Shown here: positions 1-8,734 of the stretch, in pieces | Layout of the letters: every line of letters begins with the position of its first letter | Numbering within the stretch: the stretch's first letter is position 1 | From: an uncultured delta proteobacterium | GTDB lineage: Bacteria; Desulfobacterota; RBG-13-43-22 | Assembly (NCBI GenBank): GCA_963743305.1 | Contig: CAVUPH010000014.1 | Coordinates: 384,001 to 448,000 of the forward strand | Length of the DNA: 64,000 nucleotides | Direction: 5' to 3' | Made by a program: the position numbers and the translations under genes | The notes under the pieces: model-generated | Databases searched by the model: none | What the model saw: only the letters and a program-made list of their open reading frames with translations | What the model was told of the DNA's origin: nothing

Positions 1-472
1 CCAGCAGGTTGCTCCCGGAATGCAGCATTTCCCACATGGCATCGGTCATCTCGCCGTGGGTTAGCCTCTGGCCCCAGCGGGCGGTTTTCAATACATAGGG
101 GGCGCTGCTCATGGACTCCACTCCGCCGGCCAGCACGAACTGCGAGTCCCCGGTTTTGATCTGCTGGGTGGCGAAGGCCAAAGCGGCCATGGCCGACGAA
201 CACTGACGCTGGATGGTGACCGCCGGAACTTCAACCGGAATTCCGGCTTTGAGGGCCGCCGTTCGGGCCGTATTGGCCTCATCCGGGCACTGGACACAGT
301 CCCCTAAAATAAGGTCATCGAGCAGACCCGGGTCGATTTTGGAGCGCTGAAGCACTTCATTAATAACCACGGCAGCCAGTTCGTAGGCCCGGAGCGTACG
401 GAAGGCCTCCCCGAATTTGCCGATCGGGGTCCGGGCGGCGGCGACGATAACGACATCGTTTGGATTTTTCAC
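1..472 (-). CDS. Thiolase (acetyl-CoA C-acyltransferase), 5' part; runs off the window start
   Basis: Manual translation from GTG at 472 (RBS AAGGAGG): MKNPNDVVIVAAARTPIGKFG...TIQRQCSSAM...AGGVESMS. These are thiolase N-terminal and active-site Cys motifs. Missing from the ORF track. Confidence 0.92.
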   Translation of the reverse strand, partial: MKNPNDVVIVAAARTPIGKFGEAFRTLRAYELAAVVINEVLQRSKIDPGLLDDLILGDCVQCPDEANTARTAALKAGIPVEVPAVTIQRQCSSAMAALAFATQQIKTGDSQFVLAGGVESMSSAPYVLKTARWGQRLTHGEMTDAMWEMLHSGSNLL

Positions 473-671
473 GATGATTTCCTCCTTGAAAATAATGAAT
501 TGTCATTCATTTTTACCTTAAAACCCAAGGGCCGTCAACTCTCAAGTGATGCGAAGGTTTAATGCTTGTCTTTAATCGATGAAATATTTTACAATCCAAT
601 CAGTGAAGTGGGCTTCCGGGGATAAGCGGCCCCGCTTTTAATCTTATAATTCAAAATTGAGGAGGATTACG

Positions 672-2096
672 ATGTCACCAAAATCGACAGTCAGGCTTTC
701 ACCTTTGATTCAGGGGGCCGTTCACCTGGACGACGATAACCGGATGAGCATCTCCAATCTCCAAAAGCTTCGGCAAGAAACCATCGATCACCTGATAAAC
801 CAGGCCGTTTTCGCCGACCCGGAGCAGAAAGCCCTGGGCCGCTGGCTCATCTGGGAACTGGGCTGGAAGCTGGGCATTTATCCGGCCTCGATTCACGAGC
901 TTTACCTGACCAAAGGTCGGGGAGACATCGTGGAGCGTTTTACCGTGCCGGCCATCAACCTGCGGGCCCTGGCCTATGACAGCGCCCGGGCGGTATTTCA
1001 GGCGGCCATCCCCCGGAAAGTAGGCGCCCTTATCTTTGAAATCGCCCGCTCCGAGATCGGTTACACGGATCAACGGCCCCAGGAATATTTCACCGCGATC
1101 CTGGCTGCCGCCATCAAAGAAGGCTACCAGGGACCTCTGTTCGTGCAGGGAGACCACTTCCAGGTAAGCGGGAAAAAGTTCAAGGAGCAACCCGATGAGG
1201 AAGTCCAGGCCATTGAACAGCTCATTCAGGAGGCCATTCAGGCCGGCTTCTATAATATCGACATCGATACCTCCACGCTGGTGGATTTGAGTCAACCCAC
1301 GATCGACGAACAGCAGCGGGTCAACTGCGACCAGTGCGCCCATTTCACCGCCTTCATCCGCAAACACCAACCAGCCGGCATCACCGTCTCCGTGGGCGGA
1401 GAGATCGGGGAAGTGGGCGGTAAAAACAGCGACGAGACCGAACTGCGGGCCTTTATGGACGGCTACCGCCGCGCCCTTCCGGCCGGCTTGGCGAGCTTGT
1501 CCAAAATCAGCATCCAGACCGGCACCAGTCATGGGGGAGTAGTCCTGCCCGATGGGACCTTGGCCCAGGTGGCCATCGATTTCAATGTCTTGAAAAACCT
1601 GTCCGAGATCAGCCGCAGCAGTTACGGGATGGGCGGCACGGTGCAGCATGGGGCCTCCACCCTGCCGGATGAGGCCTTCAACCAGTTCGTGACCCACGAA
1701 GCCATCGAAGTGCACCTGGCTACCGGATTTCAAAACATCATCTACGATCACGAAAAATTTCCGGCGGAACTGCGCCGGCGCATCTACGATTACCTCAAGG
1801 AGAAGCACGCCAATGAGTGGAAGTCCGGGAAAACGGAAGAACAGTTTCTTTATAGCACCCGCAAGAAGGGTTTAGGCCCCTTCAAGGCCGATCTCTGGGG
1901 TCTGCCGGAAGATATCCGGGCCGCTTTGCGAGCCGGCCTGGAGGAGAAATTCGGATTCCTGTTCGACCAACTCCGGGTGGGCAATACGCTGGAGCTGGTC
2001 AAAAAATATGTTCCGCCGGTGGAAGTGAAAAAAGGACTGAAGGATTTCGGCTTTAAAAAAGCCGGGGAAGAAGACGTTTCCGATTTGTCGGACTAA
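672..2096 (+). CDS. Class II fructose-bisphosphate aldolase-family protein (long form)
   Basis: QGDHFQ, GEIGEVG, GTSHGG and VQHGASTL metal-binding motifs; RBS GGAGG before ATG 672. Confidence 0.8.
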   Translation: MSPKSTVRLSPLIQGAVHLDDDNRMSISNLQKLRQETIDHLINQAVFADPEQKALGRWLIWELGWKLGIYPASIHELYLTKGRGDIVERFTVPAINLRALAYDSARAVFQAAIPRKVGALIFEIARSEIGYTDQRPQEYFTAILAAAIKEGYQGPLFVQGDHFQVSGKKFKEQPDEEVQAIEQLIQEAIQAGFYNIDIDTSTLVDLSQPTIDEQQRVNCDQCAHFTAFIRKHQPAGITVSVGGEIGEVGGKNSDETELRAFMDGYRRALPAGLASLSKISIQTGTSHGGVVLPDGTLAQVAIDFNVLKNLSEISRSSYGMGGTVQHGASTLPDEAFNQFVTHEAIEVHLATGFQNIIYDHEKFPAELRRRIYDYLKEKHANEWKSGKTEEQFLYSTRKKGLGPFKADLWGLPEDIRAALRAGLEEKFGFLFDQLRVGNTLELVKKYVPPVEVKKGLKDFGFKKAGEEDVSDLSD

Positions 2097-2151
2097 CTCG
2101 AAATTCTGATGCAAACCCCAAAATTAACACGGAAACAGCTCCTCTTTTTTT

Positions 2152-2249
2152 GTCATTGCGAGAGAAGCGAAGCAATCCCCTGGGTGAGCTTGGAGGGGAG
2201 GACCAAGCCACAGGAGGGATTGCTTCGTCGCTTCACTCCTCGCAATGAC
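2152..2249. repeat. GTCATTGCGAG...CTCGCAATGAC palindromic intergenic repeat (REP-like)
   Basis: Terminal inverted repeat gtcattgcgag/ctcgcaatgac and inner gaagcaatccc/gggattgcttc, between convergent genes. Confidence 0.75.
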
Positions 2250-2340
2250 GAACAGTTCGATTGTTTTCAGGTCTAACGGGGGCTCCAAGGACCTGGGAAG
2301 TAAATAAGGAATCGGCCAACCCTTTCAAAAATCGGGAGGA

Positions 2341-3855
2341 TTATTCGTTCGGCAGATCCTGCTTTTGTATTTTTCCCATGGCGTTACGGGGAAGGTCCGG
2401 CAGCAGGAATACCTTCTTGGGGCATTTATAGGGGGCCAGGCGGTCACGGCAGTAGGCGATGAGATCCTCCGGAGAAGGGGCGGCGCCCTCCCTTAAGACC
2501 ATTGCGGCCAGGACTCTTTCCCCCAGATCCTCATCCGGGCGCCCGTACACGGCGGCCTCCAGGACGGCTTCATGGGTTTCCAGGATGTTTTCCACCTCCT
2601 TGGGATAGACGTTCAGGCCACCGGAGATGATCAGCTCTTTGGCCCGCCCTACTAAAAAAAGACGACCGGCATCGGCCGGGTCCTGATAGCCCAGATCTCC
2701 ACTTTTGAACCAGCCGTCCTGAAAGGCTTCCACCGTTTTCTCCGACTGCCGCCAGTATCCCTTGAAGATATTATTCCCCCGGATTTGAACTTCCCCAACC
2801 TCCCCGGGAAGTACATCATCCCCTTTGGAATCCGCCATACGCAGTTGAACGCCGGCCAAAGGATATCCTACGCTTTTGGCTATTCTCCTTTTCGAGAGAT
2901 AGGGGTTGGAGGCGATCATCCCCGCCTCGGTCATGCCGTAGCGTTCCAGGATGGTGTGGCCGGTCTGCTCCCGGAAGCGATGGAATAGGGGCTCGGACAA
3001 TGGGGCCGACCCGGAAACAAAGACGCGCAAGTTTCTTATTTGGGGTTTTTCGGGCAGTCGTTCCCAAGTCTGGCTCATTCGCTGGTACATGGTGGGCACC
3101 CCCATGAAAAGGGTGCAGGATTCCCGATCGAGGGTTTCCCAGACCGTTTGAGGATCGAAGTGTTCCAGCAGGATCAGCGAGGCCCCGGCCAGAAGACAAC
3201 CGTGCAGGGCCACTACCAGTCCGTGAATGTGAAACAAGGGCAGCGCGTGCAGGAGGATATCCCGATCCGACCACTGCCAGGCCTGGTGCAGGGCCCTCAG
3301 ATTGTGAATTAGGTTGCCGTGAGTGATCATGGCCCCTTTGGAGCGGCCGGTAGTACCGGAAGTGTAACAAAGAAGAGCGAGGTCCTCTTCTGAAGTAGGA
3401 TAGGGGGGATGCGCGCCAAAGGGGGTTTTGGCCAGCAGGCCTTCGTAAGACAGGCAGTTGGGGCATTCCCCGTCGATCGACAACACCGGGATATCGGGAA
3501 ATCCGATTAAACCGTTCTTGAGTTCATCGTATTTTTCTTGATAGGTGACCAGCAGGTTGGTTTCGGAGTCGAACAGGAAATAGGCGATCTCCTCCGGACG
3601 GTATCCGGGATTGAGGGGCAGGACTACCGCTCCAAGGGCTAAGGCCGCCAGGTGGATTTCGATGAATTCCAGTCCCTTGGGCAGGAGGAGACCAACTCGG
3701 TCCCCCTTAGCAATTCCTAAAGTTTGCAAGCAAACGGCCGAACGGCCAATTTGTTGTTGAAGATCGGCGTAGGATAAGTCCCGACGGTTGAAGCGAATGG
3801 CGATTTTGTCGCCGAGACCTAATCTATTTTCTATCAGAGTTTCGGTCAGATTCAT
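2341..3855 (-). CDS. AMP-forming acyl-CoA synthetase (MatB/malonyl-CoA synthetase-like)
   Basis: YTSGTTGRSKG, LPLFHIHGL, ERYGMTE, GWFKSGDLG, PRNAMGKIQK. Start placed at MNLTETL. Confidence 0.85.
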   Translation of the reverse strand: MNLTETLIENRLGLGDKIAIRFNRRDLSYADLQQQIGRSAVCLQTLGIAKGDRVGLLLPKGLEFIEIHLAALALGAVVLPLNPGYRPEEIAYFLFDSETNLLVTYQEKYDELKNGLIGFPDIPVLSIDGECPNCLSYEGLLAKTPFGAHPPYPTSEEDLALLCYTSGTTGRSKGAMITHGNLIHNLRALHQAWQWSDRDILLHALPLFHIHGLVVALHGCLLAGASLILLEHFDPQTVWETLDRESCTLFMGVPTMYQRMSQTWERLPEKPQIRNLRVFVSGSAPLSEPLFHRFREQTGHTILERYGMTEAGMIASNPYLSKRRIAKSVGYPLAGVQLRMADSKGDDVLPGEVGEVQIRGNNIFKGYWRQSEKTVEAFQDGWFKSGDLGYQDPADAGRLFLVGRAKELIISGGLNVYPKEVENILETHEAVLEAAVYGRPDEDLGERVLAAMVLREGAAPSPEDLIAYCRDRLAPYKCPKKVFLLPDLPRNAMGKIQKQDLPNE

Positions 3856-4105
3856 GGTTCGGTACCGCTTAACCTGCTTCATCCCTCGATTGTTAGCCCG
3901 ACCGGTCTCCTGATCATTGGAAGCCGCCGGGGTCAGGGGGCCTAATCTTTGGCCGTCGGGCATCGATCCCACCTGTTGGACCAAATGGTGGAGCACCGCC
4001 TAGGCGCGGGGCTGGGGTAGTTTAATAGTATTCCAATTGTTTGATTTGTTCAAGCGTTCAAAATCTGCTATGAATAATTTAAATCAATTTTTGGTGGGGG
4101 TTGAT

Positions 4106-4783
4106 ATGCGCATCTTATTGGTAGAGGACGACGTCAAAATCGCCTCTTTTATCATGACGGGCTTAAAAGCCGCCGGCTATGCCGTGGATCATGCCCTCGA
4201 TGGAGAACTGGGCCTGGATCTGGCCTTAACCGAGTCCTACGATACCGCGATCATTGATATTATGCTGCCCAAACGGGATGGGTTATCTCTCATCGAAACG
4301 ATACGGAAGGAGAAGATCCGCACCCCGGTTATCATTTTGAGCGCCAAGGGGTCGATTGACGACCGGATAAAAGGGCTGCAGACCGGGGGCGATGACTATA
4401 TTACCAAACCATTTGCTTTTTCCGAGCTTCTGGCCAGGGTTCAGGCCCTGATTCGCCGGGCCAGCGGACTTTCGGAACCAACCCATTTGACCGTGAGTGA
4501 CCTATCCGTCAACCTGCTTACCCGAGAAGTAATTCGGGGGGGGAGAAGAATCGACCTCCAACCGATCGAGTTTTCCTTGCTCGAATATTTGATGCGCAGT
4601 GCCGGTCGGGTCGTTTCCAAAACCATGATCATGGAACATGTCTGGAACTACAATTTTGATCCCCAGACCAATGTGGTCGAAGCCAGGATCTGCCGGTTAA
4701 GGGAGAAAATCGACCGGGATTTTGAACGAAAACTAATCCATACCCTTCGGGGGGTGGGCTATGTCCTTAAAGAAACGGATTAG
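4106..4783 (+). CDS. OmpR-family response regulator (CusR/CzcR-like)
   Basis: MRILLVEDD, DIMLP, DDYITKPF, HTLRGVGY; VWNYNFDPQTNVVE resembles heavy-metal response regulators. Confidence 0.92.
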   Translation: MRILLVEDDVKIASFIMTGLKAAGYAVDHALDGELGLDLALTESYDTAIIDIMLPKRDGLSLIETIRKEKIRTPVIILSAKGSIDDRIKGLQTGGDDYITKPFAFSELLARVQALIRRASGLSEPTHLTVSDLSVNLLTREVIRGGRRIDLQPIEFSLLEYLMRSAGRVVSKTMIMEHVWNYNFDPQTNVVEARICRLREKIDRDFERKLIHTLRGVGYVLKETD

Positions 4784-6179
4784 ACCTCGCCTCACCCTCG
4801 CCTTTCGCCTGACGCTCTGGTATGCCGGGATCTTCACCCTCTCGTCGGCTATCGCCTTTCTCTTGTTTTATACGCTGATCAACTCTTTCCTGCGAGAACA
4901 GACCGATCAGGAACTTTTAGGACAGGTTAATCGCTTCTCGACGCTTCTGGCCTCGGAAGGGGTCGAGGCCGTCCAAAACGCCGCCCTGATTGAAGCCCAG
5001 GCCGCCGGCGTTAAAAAGGTCTTCTTTCGTTTCCTTTCCATCGACGGACAGGTTTTTTCCTCTTCCAATATGGCCTACTGGAAAAATATCTATATTACCG
5101 AAGGGGCTATTCGGACCGTGCTTCGTGAAGGGAGGCCGGTTTTGGAAACCATTACTATTCCCGACCACCCGGATCAAGTCCGGATCCTTTATGCCCGGAT
5201 CTCTCCCACCATCATTGCGCAGGTAGGGGAAACCATGGAGAGTCATTCCAGGTTTCTGGCGGCCTTTAAGGGGATCTTTATCGGTACCATGACCTTGCTT
5301 ATCCTGGTGGCTGCCGGACTGGGCTGGTTCATGGCCCGCCGGGCCGTCTCCGGGGTGGAAGCGGTGACGCAGACTGCCCGAAAGATATCTGCCGGCACGC
5401 TGGAAGAGCGGGTCCCGGTTAAAAGGGGGGGGGATGAAATCGATCAACTGGCCCTGACCTTTAATCAGATGCTGGACCGTATTCAAACCCTGCTGACCGA
5501 AATCAAAGAAATGACCGACCACCTGGCGCATGATCTGCGCAGCCCCCTGACCCGGATCCGCGGGATCGCCGAAGTGACCCTCACCACCGCCAACTCCCTG
5601 AATGAATACCAGAGCATGGCCGCCAGCACCATCGAGGAGTGCGACCGCCTGCTGGACATGATCAATACCATGTTGCTTATTTCAAAAACCGAATCGGGCG
5701 TAGATACGTTCTCCTTCGAGGAGGTCGATCTAGCCGTCCTGGCGCGGGAAGCCTGCGAATTGTTTTCTCCCACGGCGGAAGATAAAGGGGTGACCCTGCG
5801 TTGCGATCTCCCGGGGAGGGCCCTTCTGGCCGGAAATACTCGAATGATTCAACGTCTGCTCTCCAACCTTTTGGACAATGCCATCAAATATACCTCTGCC
5901 GGGGGATCCGTGACCGTTTCCCTGGAGGAAAAGAGGGACCAACTGGTGATCTCGGTAAAGGACACCGGGATCGGTATATCCCCCGGCGAACTTCCCCGCA
6001 TTTTTGAACGATTCTATCGTTGCGACCGGAGCCGGTCCCAGGTAGGCATCGGGTTGGGCTTGAGCCTGGCCCGGGCCTTTGCCCGAGCCCACAACGGAGA
6101 ACTGACCGCCACCAGCCAAATGAATCAAGGAAGTACTTTTAGGGTTACCCTCCCCAAGTTCCGAACCTTCCCATCCTGA
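4761..6179 (+). CDS. Sensor histidine kinase (TM-HAMP-HisKA-HATPase)
   Basis: Two TM segments, AHDLRSPL H-box, NLLDNAIKY, DTGIG, GLGLSL. Confidence 0.93.
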   Translation: MSLKKRIRPRLTLAFRLTLWYAGIFTLSSAIAFLLFYTLINSFLREQTDQELLGQVNRFSTLLASEGVEAVQNAALIEAQAAGVKKVFFRFLSIDGQVFSSSNMAYWKNIYITEGAIRTVLREGRPVLETITIPDHPDQVRILYARISPTIIAQVGETMESHSRFLAAFKGIFIGTMTLLILVAAGLGWFMARRAVSGVEAVTQTARKISAGTLEERVPVKRGGDEIDQLALTFNQMLDRIQTLLTEIKEMTDHLAHDLRSPLTRIRGIAEVTLTTANSLNEYQSMAASTIEECDRLLDMINTMLLISKTESGVDTFSFEEVDLAVLAREACELFSPTAEDKGVTLRCDLPGRALLAGNTRMIQRLLSNLLDNAIKYTSAGGSVTVSLEEKRDQLVISVKDTGIGISPGELPRIFERFYRCDRSRSQVGIGLGLSLARAFARAHNGELTATSQMNQGSTFRVTLPKFRTFPS

Positions 6180-6196
6180 TCGCCCGCACTCCCAAC

Positions 6197-6241
6197 ATTA
6201 CCAACTTGTAATCTTCCGGTCAGCTTCCGGTCAGCTTCCGG
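6197..6241 (+). promoter_or_regulatory. Candidate response-regulator box ATTAC-N6-GTAAT followed by 11-bp tandem repeats, upstream of degP
   Basis: attaccaacttgtaat at 6197-6212, then cttccggtcag twice plus cttccgg. Confidence 0.5.
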
Positions 6242-6316
6242 GCTTATCATTCAGTCAAGAGAAAGAGAAAAGGCTGGAAGCAGCCGAAAATCCACCATTC
6301 AAATGAGGAGAAAAAC

Positions 6317-7780
6317 ATGGAACAGAAAAAAAAGATCAAGACAATATTTATCGCCCTGATCCTCTTCGGGGCACTGCTGGGAGTCGGGCTGGGGGTACCC
6401 GCCGCTGTCAGACACTCCGAGACGGCGGGGTCGGCCAGCCCGGTCCTTTCCGAGACCCCCATGGTCCCGGCAAACTTCAGTGAGCTGGCGGAAAAGGTTC
6501 GTCCGGGGGTGGTCAATATCCAGGTGGTTAAGAAAATAAAGAACGTGGGCTTGGGATTCCCCAATTTCCCCGGCCATCCCTTTGGGGACCGGAACCCCTT
6601 CGGGGATTTCTTTGGACCTTTTTCTCAGGGGAATCAGCCCAGGAGTTTTGAACAGCAGGGTGTCGGGTCCGGCGTGGTCATCAGCCGAGACGGGTATATC
6701 CTGACCAACAACCACGTGGTTGAAGAGGCCGACCAGATCAAAGTAAAGCTCAGCAACGGCAAGGAGTACCGGGGCAAGGTCGTGGGACGGGATCCCAAGA
6801 CCGACCTGGCCCTGCTCAAGATTGAAGGGGCCTCGGAACTTCAGCCCCTCAAGCTGGGCAATTCTGAAGAAATGAAGGTGGGCAGTTGGGTAGTGGCCGT
6901 CGGGAGTCCTTTCGGACTGGAACAGACCGTTACGGCGGGCATTATCAGCGCCAAGGGAAGAATAATCGGCTCCGGGCCCTATGATAACTTTATTCAAACG
7001 GACGCCTCCATCAATCCCGGGAACAGCGGCGGTCCCCTGATCAACATGAAGGGCGAAGTGGTCGGCATCAACACGGCCATTATGGCCCAAGGCCAGGGGA
7101 TCGGCTTTGCCATCCCGATCAACATGGCCAAACAGGTGGAGGTGCAACTCCAGAATAAGGGCCATGTCACCCGAGGCTGGCTGGGGGTGACCATTCAAGA
7201 AGTGACCCCGGAACTGGCCAAATCGTTTGGTCTCAATGACAATAAAGGAGCCCTGGTGGCCCAGGTAGGTCCGGGCAGTCCGGCCGAAAAAGCAGGGATC
7301 AAGCAGGGGGATATCATCCTGGCTTTTGACGGTCAGGCGATCTCGGATTCGAAAGACCTCCCTCGGATCGTAGCCTCAACCGTGGTGGGTAAAACGGTCA
7401 CGGTGAAGCTTTTCCGAGAGGGAAAAGAGATGGACCGTTCGTTGAAAGTGGGAGAATTGGAGGAAAAGGTCGATCGGGAAAAGGCAGGCTCTTCCCATAA
7501 AACCTTAGGTGCTTCGGTTCAGGATCTGACCCCTGATATCGCTCAGGGACTCGGCTTAAAGAAGTCCGGAGGGGTAGTGGTGACTCAGGTGGAACCCGGG
7601 AGCCCGGCCGATGAGGCGGGTCTTCAAAACGGGGATGTCATCCGAGAGGTCAACCGGAAACCGGTCAAGAATACCGATGATTTTGTCCAGAAGCTGGAAA
7701 AAGCCCAGGGTCAGGGTACCCTTCTGCTCTCCATCCAGAGAGGGGAAAACCATCTTTTTGCGGCCGTAAAACTAAAGTAG
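6317..7780 (+). CDS. degP: DegP/HtrA periplasmic serine protease with 2 PDZ domains
   Basis: TNNHVV, DLALLK, DASINPGNSGGPL; N-terminal hydrophobic segment; two PDZ domains. Confidence 0.92.
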   Translation: MEQKKKIKTIFIALILFGALLGVGLGVPAAVRHSETAGSASPVLSETPMVPANFSELAEKVRPGVVNIQVVKKIKNVGLGFPNFPGHPFGDRNPFGDFFGPFSQGNQPRSFEQQGVGSGVVISRDGYILTNNHVVEEADQIKVKLSNGKEYRGKVVGRDPKTDLALLKIEGASELQPLKLGNSEEMKVGSWVVAVGSPFGLEQTVTAGIISAKGRIIGSGPYDNFIQTDASINPGNSGGPLINMKGEVVGINTAIMAQGQGIGFAIPINMAKQVEVQLQNKGHVTRGWLGVTIQEVTPELAKSFGLNDNKGALVAQVGPGSPAEKAGIKQGDIILAFDGQAISDSKDLPRIVASTVVGKTVTVKLFREGKEMDRSLKVGELEEKVDREKAGSSHKTLGASVQDLTPDIAQGLGLKKSGGVVVTQVEPGSPADEAGLQNGDVIREVNRKPVKNTDDFVQKLEKAQGQGTLLLSIQRGENHLFAAVKLK

Positions 7781-7790
7781 TTAGGATACA

Positions 7791-7836
7791 CGCCCGATCG
7801 GGGAAGCAGCCAAGGTTTCCTCGATCGGGCGGCTTT
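7791..7836 (+). terminator. Hairpin after degP, probable terminator
   Basis: cgcccgatcgggga...tcctcgatcgggcg inverted repeat followed by a short T run. Confidence 0.5.
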
Positions 7837-8134
7837 CCCCCCTCCTGCCAATATCACCTTCTTAATTAAATCAATCCCAACCGGCAATAGTCTAGCCAAA
7901 GACATTTGAATTTCGAAACTCGAAACAAATTCAAACGGGCTCGTTTCGAATTTAGGGATTCTATTACCCGGGCGCCTCGTTTTGATTGCCCGGCCGGAAT
8001 AACCGGAGTAGCCAGGTTCCGGCTTTACTAAGTTTCTGGGTAAAGGTAAAATGGCTGAGTGAAAAAATTTTTCCCTACCTTTGCGAATTATGGACGGGTC
8101 TGAAAACGCCGGGGGGCGATGATTCGATACAACC

Positions 8135-8734
8135 ATGTCTTTTATACCCAACATTGAACACTTTCCCTATATAGGGCTGTTTATTCTCCTCCTCCTGGGA
8201 GGTGTTGGGCTTCCTGTTCCGGAAGACACGACACTAATCCTTTGTGGATTTTTGATCGCCACCTTAGTGATAGAACCTATCCCCGCAGTGCTCACCGTCT
8301 ATGCCGGCCTCTTGATCTCCGATTTGTCCCTTCATTTTATTGGCCGAAAATACGGCCGCCAAATCGTTTCCCATAAACGGTTCAGCCAATGGATTTCTCC
8401 CGAAAGGCTGTCCCTGCTTGAGGAAAAGTTTAATCGTCGTGGTGTACTAATCATCCTGCTGGGAAGACACCTGGTCGGACTTCGAGCCCAAATTTTTTTG
8501 GTGTCGGGCGTCTTGCGAATGCCGACGTTAAAATTTTTATTGGCCGATGGCGTATCTTCCCTCTTCACCATGGGGATCATGGTCGGGGCCGGTTACCTGG
8601 GAGGAAACAGTCTGCGGATCCTGCGACGGGGCGTAACCCGCCTGGAACATGTAGGGATCCTGCTCCTGGTGGTCGCCCTGGCTGTTTTTTTAGCCTACAG
8701 ATATTTTAATACATTGAAGAAAGGGAAGCCGGCC
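8135..8734 (+). CDS. DedA/VTT-family membrane protein; as assembled it reads in frame into the mgtA N-terminus
   Basis: GLPVPEDTTL, GRHLVGLR, FLLADG. No stop codon before GTG at 8735. Confidence 0.8.

Noticed and set aside
3856-4105. N-terminal extensions of ORFs 2341..3996 and 4037..4783, or a structured RNA here
   Set aside because: Family similarity starts at 3855 and 4106, and I could not recognise any RNA motif.
6213-6241. Tandem cttccggtcag repeats as a CRISPR array
   Set aside because: The units are 11 bp with no spacers and no cas genes. No CRISPR array was seen anywhere in the window.
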